In this document: positions 13,132-25,593 of the stretch, piece by piece
Layout of the letters: each line of letters opens with the position of its first letter
How positions within the stretch are numbered: the stretch's first letter is position 1
Source: Basidiobolus meristosporus CBS 931.73
Taxonomy: Eukaryota > Fungi > Basidiobolomycota
Reading direction: 5' to 3'
Length of the DNA: 64,000 nt
Assembly: GCA_002104905.1 (NCBI GenBank)
Contig: MCFE01000137.1
Coordinates: 1 to 64,000, forward strand
Translations under genes and position numbers: made by a program
The notes under the pieces: generated by a model
Seen by the model: only the letters and a program-made list of their open reading frames with translations
What the model was told of the DNA's origin: nothing
The model's database searches: none

Positions 13132-13780
13132 AAGCCAATTCGACGCACATGCCGATAATTAAGGTTCAATAGCCCATTCACCCACCAATTCACCCATTCA
13201 TCACCCATCCATCCATTCCATTGGCACTGCTGGTCTGGTGGGATGCTGAATTACCCTCGGAGTTGCTTATGGAAAATACCCATGGTCCGTAGTATGGGGG
13301 CCTAGAGAGGGTTGGTGCGACGTCGATGCTACACAGCCCACCACAGCTCGACCCTATCCACCACCCACTTACCATTCCAGATTGCCAATCTCTGCCTAAT
13401 TTCGGTGACGAATCTGGAAGGCCCCCTTGGCCGGCGCTCCCTTCCATGTGTGATGTCCACGAGTGGATGGCATTCTATCCTCAGGGATGTACACACTCAC
13501 TGGTTTCCATTATGGTGTGTGTGATGTGTCTCGCTATGATTCACATTTGCCATGGTCGGCTGAAAGGACGTCCACTCAGCTCACATCTATCCCCGACCAC
13601 AAAGGATGTGTGAGTGGATGTCGCTCAGTAGTCGCCTGGGCGTGCGACGTAATGAGCATGGAGGGGTAGAGTGAGGATGGCCAGGGCCCCTACAATGCAC
13701 TTCTGTCTAACGGTGGGTGAGGGTGAGGAAGAGGACCGAAGTGGGGTCAAGGGCAATGACAAAGGGGAGGGTAGGCATCA
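13132..13780 (-). repeat. Left arm of long inverted repeat (near-identical core 13132-13745, diverged edge to about 13780)
   Basis: Reverse complement of 18462-19110. Four ORF-track translations (95, 85, 70, 68 aa) are identical in both arms; about 3 substitutions seen in the core. Confidence 0.97.
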
Positions 13781-13849
13781 TCACTTTCATATCTGACACA
13801 TATTGGCTAGCATCAGTATAAGGTGATAGTTGTGATGGGTACATCGATA

Positions 13850-14770
13850 GCGCTACCGGTAGTGGTGGGAGTGGTGGTGCCGATGCCGATGTGAGTGGTT
13901 ATTCTTGTGTGTAGATTCTTGGATCCCCGATCTGAATGCGAACGGTCTCAGTCTGGACAAGGCTGAATATTCAGCGAAATCCCCAACACTCACCAATCGT
14001 ACCTACTGCATTGATCTGGATCGGCAACATTTCGATGTAAAAGCATGCACCTGTGTATGTGAGGGTGCAGGTATATTGTGTTTTGCGAGTCTCAGGTGTG
14101 ATACTTGAAATTTACCTTTCTCCCAAGTATTGGAATGTACTTGCACTGTATTGAGTGTAGCCAGGCGCAAATTATCTCCATGAACATTGCCGTGGCCATG
14201 GTACGAAAGTACGAGCTTGGGTGCGAACATGGCCTTGGGTCTAATGGACTGTACTTTATTTGGACGTTACTAGTACCACCACGAGTACAGTAGGAATGAA
14301 GAATAGGGTAAAGAGTGTTTACTGTACGGTCATCCCAGTGACCAAGATGAACGTAGTCCTCGTAGGACGCGCATGCATTCCTGACCTTGGGATTGAGGGT
14401 CTCAACCAGTTGCTGCAACGCACCATACTTTTTCTGCATAACTCCATCCCTCTCAACCACCAAGCCACACCACATTGCACACCACACCCCAGCATCACAC
14501 ATTCCCATACAACATCGTACAGTACTGCATAACATACATGACGGAAAATGGATGAGAGTTGATGAGATCTGTTGATCGATAGGCACCGATCCAGTCATTG
14601 CTCGGTTGTTCCCAAGGAAAGCTATATATAGAAGCAGCAGAGGCTTTATCATCGGCGGACGGCTGTCAAAATCACAGATTATATGGGCGGTATGAGCTGT
14701 GGAGCGAGCAAACGAAGGTTTGGGTTGCTTCAGTAAAGTATCTACATAGCTGGAGTAATAGGTGAGGAAA
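13850..14770 (-). CDS. Putative spliced gene of unknown function running into the left repeat arm (boundaries approximate)
   Basis: Exon after TTTGACAG encodes PSADDKASAASIYSFPWEQPSNDWIGAY..., followed by a GTATGT donor. Synonymous-rich differences from the copy at 18385-18470 favour this frame. A 186-aa ORF-track frame overlaps it. Confidence 0.35.
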
Positions 14771-16425
14771 ATTTAAATGTTCAACTGAGTATCTAATACT
14801 CTCGTTGGTTTGATTCAAGTGCTCCGAATTGAATTAGCCATACCCACACACTGCTATGTTTCGGGAGTTCAAATATTCCATAGGCTCAACCAAGCCCTTG
14901 AAACCCCCAGTTTTTTCAGCAACCCTTATACATCGACAGGGGGCTCAACTACCTCGATGCGCTGGGCCTCCGGTGGAAGTGAATCAAGTTAAATGAGGTG
15001 ATGAATAAACTGCTCCGAAGTGGCGTCACCGTCGGGCCCATTGTGCTCCTAGTGGGTTTTCACGAGGGGAATGCGTTGTCCAGTGTGCCGTTTGCGATGA
15101 GTTTGGCAGGGGTAGCTAAAGGTGAGAATAAAACCAGCAAAATTCGAGGTTTTTGTATACCAAATCTGATGGGGGCCAATCAGTATTGCTGAGCCGAATG
15201 TTCTGAGGATTGGGTTGTGTCATGATCTACGTGTTGGTAGCGATGTTTGTGAATACTAAAGCCATCAGAATTGCCATTGTTGTTAACAAGAGATGGATGC
15301 CCTCGATCAACCGCCCCTATTGGCCCGTCAATCACTAGCCTCCGGCATCCATTGATCTTATTGCTACCCACTATTAGAATGTCTCTGCTTTTTGGTCGTT
15401 TCGAATGATCGTCCGAGGCAAGACAGCCAACCATATCGTCTTGAAGAAAGTTCCACCCACAATCCACTATCTCAAATATAGATAGTTTCTAAACATGTTA
15501 GGCTATGTAGTCATCGTGCCAACTAGATCCTGCCTTCTTTGGCGATCGTGAGTCAGCAATCTCAAGCTTTGTAAATCGGATATCAGTCACCCCAAGTGAC
15601 CTATGCAGGAAGTGCTCCAGAACAATCGATGGCATTCTCAAAATACAGATGGTAAGTTGGAATGGGGTCGTGCTGAGTACGCCTTGTCAATGCCCCTATC
15701 CATATTGGTTCTCTCCATTGTCAACTGCGAATTGCACACAACTCATGCAACTGCAGATGACTTCTCACGATCCATTTAAGTAACCGGTGGATAGATTATG
15801 ACTCCCAGTCAATGTACCACTGCCATGCCCCCTTAATTGGAGCTCTCCAGTCATGAGTACACAGAATCAGCGACTCGACCTCAAAAGAAAACCCAATTCT
15901 TTGTTCTTGGAATATCCTTTTTTGGGTGGCACTCCGTTAGGACAAATGGACCCTGCCGTATGACAGCTACCTGGCACTCGATGCGTGGTATTTGACCACA
16001 GGTAATTACCATACCAGACGGAAGCTTAATGATTTATCTTGGTGGCCGGCGTTTGATTTGTTGACATCAGCGGTAAGCCTGGAGATTCGATACCGTATGG
16101 ATAGCTGAGGGTAATCCACAAGTTGTAAATACCGCCTCACCCGAATTTGCCAATGGAACCTTCGACCAGACAAAATGGATTTAAGCGAGATATGTGCAAT
16201 CAAATTTAAATTGACTATTCTGAAAAGTATATATTCTCGGGTCACCTCCTCTATGTTGCCAACGTGGAATTGATTTTCCTTTTTGTCAACTCCTTTTATA
16301 TCACCGCGTCCAGTTACATTCGCTCCCTTAATCTTTTGGATCTCTCAACACATTCCGGTATTGCGTTAGAGGTAGAATACGACAAGCTCTCAGCGCTCAC
16401 ACTGTTCGTGCACGCAAACATCACC

Positions 16426-17212
16426 ATGGATTTCTATAAGATCTTGAACCCCACCAACGAGCCTTTTCCTTATGAGGGTAGTACACAGTCTACCGCAAAC
16501 ACTCTGGTGGCGTCCGGCTCAGATGGCCTCGCGAATAAAAAAACCTTCACTTGCTATTTAAAAAATTGCGGAAGAACCTTCACTAGAAAGTCGGATCTCT
16601 CCCGACATCAAAGAATCCACACCGGAGAAAGACCCTACACCTGCGACTGGAAGGGCTGTGGCAAAGGCTTCATACAGCGCTCCGCCTTGACTGTCCACTA
16701 TCGGACCCATACTGGTGAGCGACCACATGCTTGCGATTTTTACAATTGCACTCGGTCCTTCAGCGATGTAAGTATTTTCAATGCTGCAAGTTCTTCTTGT
16801 GGAATAAATACCTAACGACGACCTATCAGTCCTCCTCACTGGCAAGACATAAAAGAAGTCATACCGGAAAGAAGCCACATGCATGCCCGCATCCTGGTTG
16901 CGAAAAACGCTTCACGCGTAAAACCACCCTGCGTCGTCATCAGATTGCCAACAACCACCTGGGCTGTTTATCCGATTCCTGGTAAGAAACCAATGATTTT
17001 CACTTGGGCACTGCAATAGTGGATCTAATTTTCCGAATGCTCACAGTGATTATTCCGAGACTGGACTTGGTCCCTTTCGTCGCTCCCCATCTAGCTCAGG
17101 CTCCAGCGTTTCTCCCCCAATAACACCCGACAACCCGAAGTTCCCTTACAGTATACCGACATGGAAGCCGGCACCACCTGTTCCTATCACTTTGTTACCT
17201 CAGTTGCCATGA
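16426..17212 (+). CDS. C2H2 zinc-finger transcription factor, 4 tandem fingers; exons 16426-16767, 16830-16981, 17047-17212
   Basis: C-x4-C...H-x3-H fingers with TGERP/TGKKP linkers; helices RKSDLSR, QRSALTV, DSSSLAR, RKTTLRR; Ser/Pro-rich tail; canonical introns. Confidence 0.92.
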
Positions 17213-18309
17213 TTCAATTATGCTCCTCTACGTTCGATGGGGAGTATCGCGTATCGAGGATGAAACGCCGCGCTTGCATATTGTTTCCAGCAAGATGCAG
17301 TCTGTAGCTACATATCCTAGGGGGAGCATCGTTGTTCTGTATGTGGCCTACTATAGACTGAGCTGGATAGTTATCGTCAATTAGACTGGTATATAGATTC
17401 ATATCAGGCATTACACTTTTCACATCTAGTCATATATTCACCGAGCGTTGCTCATGCACTGTTTATGTAACCCATGTACATACATTTATGGCCTTTATCA
17501 GTAGCGTCTCTGATAAGGATTGATGATCTATTATATTAAACGTGATAGGTCTTCAGCCCATTTGTTTCAGTTGGCTCAGCTTACGCGACTCGCCGTTGTT
17601 TCGGTGTTGTGACAGTTCATCACCCAAAACCGTGGGCTCACAAAAAATGCTTCGGCCTCAGTGTCGATGGATGGCAGATTGCAGGTACGTCTACATCAGC
17701 ACTGGAGTGACCACTATTCAAGATACACCCTCTTATTCAGAACTGTGAATGGAGATGTTCACCTTTGGCGTAACTAACTGCAAATACGCAGCAATTAATG
17801 TGTCGGCCACACCTCGTGTTACTACCTTATTCGTATGAAGTATTCGCAATTGTAGTCCCACTACCTCGAGCGTGCGCACATCCCATTGATGCAAAGGCCA
17901 CAGGTAGATCATCATTCACTTGCTGACCATTCGTTATTTCCCAGCAGCTGGATGATTGTGCACCATCTGGGATAAGACATATTAAGCAAACCCAATCTAT
18001 GAGATCAATATCCATATCTCAACCCCAGATAGGAGGCGAGAAGGAACGGTTCAATCAGGTAGTGTGTGATTCACTAGGAGCCAGGAGACAGGACAATTTG
18101 ACCATTCGGAAAGTGGGTGTGAGTTGACGCCACCATTGCATAATTACCCTCTGGATTTTGGAATTTCCCAATTGATTTGCCATTAGCCTTTGTGGATTTA
18201 TTCTAGGTAACTGATAATCTCGATAGATGGGGTTATTACCCTAAGATAAGGAAGGCCATTTATCACCAATATATCAATGCAAATCCATCCAAGGAATAGC
18301 CACCAAATA

Positions 18310-18470
18310 ATATTCTTACCTCCCGCCCACTACCCCGGATATATGGATTCTCCACTCTACCACCCACACAATCTCCGATTTTGACAACCATCCGCTGATG
18401 GTAAAGGCTCTACTACTGCCATATATGGCTTACCTTGGGAGCAATCGAGTAATGGCTAGATAGATGCCCG
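18310..18470 (+). pseudogene. Diverged, inactivated copy of the exon at about 14580-14770
   Basis: CCGCTGATGGTAAAGGCTCTACTACTGCCATATATGGCTTACCTTGGGAGCAATCG is roughly 75% identical to the reverse complement of 14580-14660. Acceptor GACAG became GACAA and TGG became TAG. Confidence 0.7.
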
Positions 18471-19110
18471 CCTTCCTCCTTTGCCATTACCTTACACCCA
18501 CTTCGGTCCCCTTCCTCACCCTCACCCACCGTTAGACAGAAGTGCATTGTAGGGGCCCTGGCCATCCTTACTCTACCCCTCCATGCTCATTACGTCGCAC
18601 GCCCAGGCGACTACTGAGCGACATCCACTCACACATCCTTTGTGGTCGGGGATAGATGTGAGCTGAGTGGACGTCCTTTCAGCCGACCATGGCAAATGTG
18701 AATCATAGCGAGACACATCACACACACCATAATGGAAACCAGTGAGTGTGTACATCCCTGAGGATAGAATGCCATCCACTCGTGGACATCACACATGGAA
18801 GGGAGCGCCGGCCAAGGGGGCCTTCCAGATTCGTCACCGAAATTAGGCAGAGATTGGCAATCTGGAATGGTAAGTGGGTGGTGGATAGGGTCGAGCTGTG
18901 GTGGGCTGTGTAGCATCGACGTCGCACCAACCCTCTCTAGGCCCCCATACTACGGACCATGGGTATTTTCCATAAGCAACTCCGAGGGTAATTCAGCATC
19001 CCACCAGACCAGCAGTGCCAATGGAATGGATGGATGGGTGATGAATGGGTGAATTGGTGGGTGAATGGGCTATTGAACCTTAATTATCGGCATGTGTGTC
19101 GAATTGGCTT
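18462..19110 (+). repeat. Right arm of long inverted repeat
   Basis: Reverse complement of 13132-13780. Confidence 0.97.
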
Positions 19111-19588
19111 GTTTAAGACCTGTACTAAATTGGAGACGGGCGATGAGTTCTTTTTGGTATCAGGTTGGTAACCTTTAGCACTGACGTTCTGGTCTGCCTA
19201 CATATCTCAGAAACTATCGCTTGCTAAATACGGCACCACAACTGATTGTGTTATCAAACGCCATCATGAACAGTTACTACGATTGGATATGGATATCAAA
19301 CATGGTATGTGTAGAAACCGAGATGACACTATGTAATCTTTACCACAGCGACTGTAATTAGTGAGGTTCCTCTGTTGTGGCACAACTACAGTAGCAGCTC
19401 CCTCGTTCACTAGTCGAAATCACTCATTTATGTTTATGCTCAGTTTCTACTAAACCCACTCCCTCAAACCATACCTACTGAGTCAACCATGGGTATGGTA
19501 GGCAGTTTGCGACCTAGCACCAGTAGATATTTCAATTTGAATCAGAGGTTGAGGTTTTCTTGAATCCCATTGGTGAGCAGGCCTGTGA

Positions 19589-20810
<1,222 letters not shown>

Positions 20811-21847
20811 GCTTGTTTGTCGCGAACCTTCAACTGTGTATAGAAATCCGGATAAGTACCGGGGTGAAGGCCACCCAGATCCATTACAGAATGACGAGGG
20901 CGTTACCGTTGACTGTTTACATAGACGTGCACATTTACTCCATTCTCACGCAAAACCGTTCCGGGTGAGAATTCGGTTGTCAATAAATTTCATCAAAGTA
21001 GATTATCGTATTGATTCGCAATCGGATGTGACGAGGTGAATTGGCGAATGTCGACTTGCTAGGTTTCTTGACTTATTTTTAACCGCCAATCACTCTCCCG
21101 TAATGTAAGGATCATGGCGGTGCTGGCGAAAGGTGCTCCGATATTGGTAAACTATGGGTAGGGAGGTGCTTGGTTGCGGATGCCTGTCCCTACGTGGGTC
21201 ATATGGAAGAATGTCAGCTTTTTTGGATCAGTTGATGGATATGCTATAGCTCTACTGCATGTTGCTGAGGACGCCTAGTGTACATCATAACATCTTCATT
21301 TCACGGGGAATTAATTGTTGTGCCCAATGAGGTCCAAACGTTTAGTCGTGATAACAAGTATTTCTCTTGTGTCTGTTGTTGAATGATGCAAATATGATTC
21401 ATACAACCGGTGTTTGGCTGTTTGGATTTCTGCTGAAGACTATTGGCTAGAAGAGATATTTGCAGTACTCTACCTTGTTGAGCTATTCCCAATTCATGGC
21501 TTTTCAGTTCTGGTATGCAGGAGTGGAGTAAATAAACAAATATCCACGGACGTGGGGCTTAATTAATCAAAAGTTGGCGTAACAGGGTTAATGCCAATTA
21601 CCGCATCGAGGATCATGCGCTGGAATGAAACATACCGGCTGTGGATGCCATCATGCGTTGTAAATATTCTAATGTTATCCAGATAGGAAATATTTGTCGA
21701 CGGGATGCTGCAGTTTGATGTAATAGAGCCCAGAGCTTTGGGAGGCGCAACCATATTTAATGATGCTTGGTCTACGAGGGGTAGTAGCGAATCCCTCTAT
21801 CTCTTCGCTTCGGTGATCTGATTGATACACCGTATTTTTATCCCAAA

Positions 21848-22204
21848 ATGTCCGCCGTTAGCCTAGAATTCCTTCAAGATGCACACCGTTACTACGAAAT
21901 CCTATCAGCCCATCCACGTAGCCACCAACTGAGCGTTGGTAAATCGAAACATTTGCATCAGCCCCGCTTACGCACACAGCGTAGCATAGAAGATGCAAAA
22001 AGGTTCTGCTCTCGCAGTGCCTCTCACCGAACTGCAACACCGCTCGGTGGTGACCCCGAGTCCCGTGCCACACCAAGCATGGAGGAGCTGAGATTGCGCT
22101 TAGAGTACTATTTCCGAATGACGGCACTGCGGCAGAGTTATCCTGCTAGTTTGGAGTCATTAGAAATCAGGGCTCCCTCACCTGTGTTGAACATTTTAAA
22201 CTAA
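21848..22204 (+). CDS. Hypothetical 118-aa protein
   Basis: Single ORF with a good start context (CAAAATGTCC) in CpG-normal DNA. No recognisable domain. Confidence 0.35.
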   Translation: MSAVSLEFLQDAHRYYEILSAHPRSHQLSVGKSKHLHQPRLRTQRSIEDAKRFCSRSASHRTATPLGGDPESRATPSMEELRLRLEYYFRMTALRQSYPASLESLEIRAPSPVLNILN

Positions 22205-22608
22205 GCTAAACCAATACCATTTCATGCATGTCCACCTATTTATTAGGCTAGTGAGCTATCGATTCATGTACATATGATATGAGGCAGGTTCCTTGGTCTT
22301 CATTACTCACTGGGTTCATCTATGATCCACTGTTGAATAAACGTGCCGCTCTACCGTCACATTATGGGATTAGCAAGGCTCGTCTACGTAATTATGTAGC
22401 AGCAACGCCTTGTCAAGAAAGGAACTCGTGTGCAGCGCAGTCGAGGATATTCGTAGTAGTAGCGAAATACAAAATGGCGAGGTATGGGCACTTGGGATCT
22501 GATGAATGGTGCTTCTCTTAGAGCTGGCATTATTTAGACATATTTATTAATTATTGAGTAGGATTCCGAAGGCAGGTTCACTATACTACAACATGAAAAG
22601 ATTGCGGT

Positions 22609-23218
22609 CTAAGCAATTCGGTTCGGTTGGATGATTCCGCAAGCAATACGCCCTTTGGCATCGCCGTTGATCAGGGAAGCTGCATTACCGCCTTTTCCAA
22701 GATCGTCTTTGCCTTCATGTATAACAAGGGCTCGGCTAATATTTGGAGATGCCTGTTAGTATCTGCTTATGGTGTGGGGGTTCAATGAAAACCTACCCAA
22801 TAATTGAATTTGGTCCTTCTAGCTCAATTATATGATCCGTGATGGTGAAATTTGCCGTGCCTGAAGAATCGGCTTCGATGTTGCCCAGGTCACCGACATG
22901 TCGCTCAGCGCTATCAGGCCCCCCATGGCTCTTCTTGAATGGGTTGTAGTGCCCGCCAGCAGCGTTGCAGCTATCGTCTAGATTGCCTTTTTCGTGGATG
23001 TGAAATCCATGCTTGCCCTCAGGCAACCCTTGCACACTGCCAATGATCTCTATGCCTTCATTCCTTTGTATAAACTCCACAGTTCCTGTTACACCTTTGC
23101 CACCGGCGGTGAACTTGGCAATGGCGCTGTCCGTATCCATCTCTTGGGCCGTAGCGGTGAGGGTGCTAATGGTCAATACACTTAGTATAACGACGGCTTT
23201 GGTGAATGCGTTAGTCAT
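22609..23218 (-). CDS. Cu/Zn superoxide dismutase with signal peptide; exons 23218-22797 and 22735-22609
   Basis: [30 protein letters not shown], spliced GRALVIHE..DDLGKGG...GRIACGII; N-terminal [24 protein letters not shown]. Confidence 0.95.
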
Positions 23219-23717
23219 GATGATAGCGTAGAGGAGTATTTTTACGTCAGCCCGCAAGGGCCGTCTATTTATGACTTCAACAGCTAGCCGGTTGGTACGG
23301 TGTATAGACTTGTTGAAGAAGATCAATGTATCATGATTCGCTCGATCGCGCTGCGAAACTTGTTTTGCAGAGGAATGGCTCTCGCTCGTTTCAGGTTACT
23401 GATACTTCTGCGATCCGTCAAATCGGGGATTAACTCCACGACTCTTGGTCACAGAAGAAATGCCCAGTAAATCTCAAACATCGCGCCATTTTATCGATTG
23501 GCTTCCGAAAACCAAGCCGACAGTTACATCAACACATTGTGAACAATCATCGGAAGGGAGTTTATTACCCAAACAATTCCAGATCAATCGTAGTAAAGCT
23601 GTCTTATTTATGTTGGGCGTATCGCGCTGCATGGGTCGACCAGATATGCTACACAGTGTATGATAGAGTTGCCAAGGGTGGCTTTTGCGGTTGCTAGTGA
23701 TTGGTATAATGTGGTAT

Positions 23718-25593
23718 CTAGGGGTTAGATAGGGCGGTTTTAATAGGTACAAAGATTGCGATGGTCATCAGCGCAGAGCATGGGATTGTTAGCACCCATG
23801 AGAAGAAACACCAGCTAACGAGCCTCCAGTTCAGAGCACCCAGTGTATTGTTGCATAGACCCACAGCTGCTGTGGCTCCAGTAACACACTGGGTGGTGGA
23901 GATTGGTGCGCCAAGCTTTGAGCAAGTTAGCACAGTTAAGCAACTTCCTAGCTCAATGCTGAAGCCTCTACTTGGGGAATGGAATGTTAGCTGATTGCCT
24001 AGGGATCTCATGATCTTATAGCCGTATGTAAACAGTCCAAAATCAATGGCAATGCCGCCTAGTGCTAGAATCCACAGCGGCACTGGGGTCACATTGCCAA
24101 TATCGATGCCACCAGTTCGCCAGGTGTAATAGATTGTGCTTAGTGGGCCTGCTGCGTTAGCCACATCGTTGGACCCGTGTGCGAAGCTTGCCATACATGC
24201 GGTAACCACCTGAAGGAGATTATACATATACTCGGTGTTATTGTCGTAACGGGTGGCCAGCTCATGGATTTTCTGCAAGTCCTCGTCCGTCAAATAGTCC
24301 ATCTCCTTCTGGACCCCATTAAAGACGATTCCCTTGAAGGTTTCAAAGACATCCCCTTTTTCCTGGTTAGCTTCCGGGAGCAATACAAGTCCAGTATCGG
24401 TGTTTCCGCAGGACTCTCTAGGGCTGACACCTAAATTCAGGGTCTCCATCCTTCTCTTTCGTGGTAAGCAATTGATCACAAATACGTGATACCAAGAGAG
24501 GTCCTCGCAGTACTCCAGTTTACGCCTCATCCATGGAACGACGAAGAATCTGCAGAAGATGGTGACAGCAACGGTGATGCCGATGGCGATTCCCCAAATC
24601 GCGCCTGTCTTGAGGGTTAGTGATGGATATCTCTGCGTAACGCTGATGAATGGAATCTACCTAGAGATATGCCGTTGAGATCGGGAAATCCATTATACAG
24701 AATGTAAAAGGTGTTTATGAGTGCGGTGATGCCAAAGTAGACAGGAATGGCCATCAAGCCTCTTTCAAATGAATTTGCCCTGGAAAGGATCTGGGTAATT
24801 GGGTGAGTTTAGAAGCATTCTGAAGTGATATTACGTGCCAAGGCTTTACCGCATATTTAGTGGTAGAGTATATGATGGCGGTTACAATTCCTGCGGCAAT
24901 TGGTGACAGAAACCAAGACAGAATCATTCTCCCGACGCCTGTGTTCATATGCCATGAGCTATAAGCTGAAGAAATGCAGCGGTTCATGATGCCTACCAGT
25001 TTTCCATTGAACGCTACTGGGCCCAAAGCTAACCATTCCAACCCCGATAATGGCTCCAACTGTGAATAATACCTCAGCTTATGTCCAATACCCATAGTCC
25101 TCCGCACATGAGAATACGTACCTATGGAGTGGGTTGTGGAGACTGGCCACCCACGAGATGTGGCAAAAATCACCCACGCTCCGGCACCGAAGAGTGCGCA
25201 AACCATACCCAGCTAAACAGAGTCGTGATTCAGCAAACATTGCAAATAGCCGGTATCAAAACGGACCATACCATCAGTAATTGCGGGCTCCCTTCGAAAT
25301 GCCTCGTATCAATGATATCTCCGCGAATGGTTGATACCGTCCCAGAGCCGAGAAGAATCGCACCAAGAAACTCGGTAAACAACCCAATAATTGCCGCATG
25401 CAGGAGAGTGATCGATTGTGAAGAAACGGAGCTGGAGAAGGAATTGGCGAAGTCGTTGGCGCCTGATTGGGTGTGAGGATGCTTAATGCAAGACGGGCGA
25501 TTGTCAAAGAAATGAGTTACCTATGCCATACGCCATAGAGAATGCAAAGAAGATTCCTAACACGAATAACCAAGTGTTCTCATATGGTTCCAT
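23718..25593 (-). CDS. PHO89: PiT family Na+/phosphate symporter (multi-exon)
   Basis: N-terminal GANDFANSF and C-terminal AHGSNDVANA signatures; GWPVSTTHSI, PSRGFSIELG, PISTTQCVTGA. Confidence 0.93.

Noticed and set aside
13190-13669. ORF-track ORFs inside the inverted repeats (also 18573-19052) as real proteins
   Set aside because: Several short overlapping frames on both strands with no recognisable domain; their duplication only reflects the repeat.
16264-16425. N-terminal extension of the C2H2 ORF (and 19598-19765 for TS, 23219-23326 for SOD)
   Set aside because: These begin at non-ATG codons in the ORF track; downstream ATGs have a better context and match the family starts.
17560-17800. 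WD40-like fragment (LSVDGWQIAG / TVNGDVHLWR)
   Set aside because: The two pieces are not in frame across the candidate intron and there is no repeat periodicity.
13132-19110. Confident call as a Mutator/Pack-MULE element
   Set aside because: No 8-11 bp TSD (left TACTTGAAT, right GTTTAAGAC), no transposase, and the arm homology extends into a gene-like exon.
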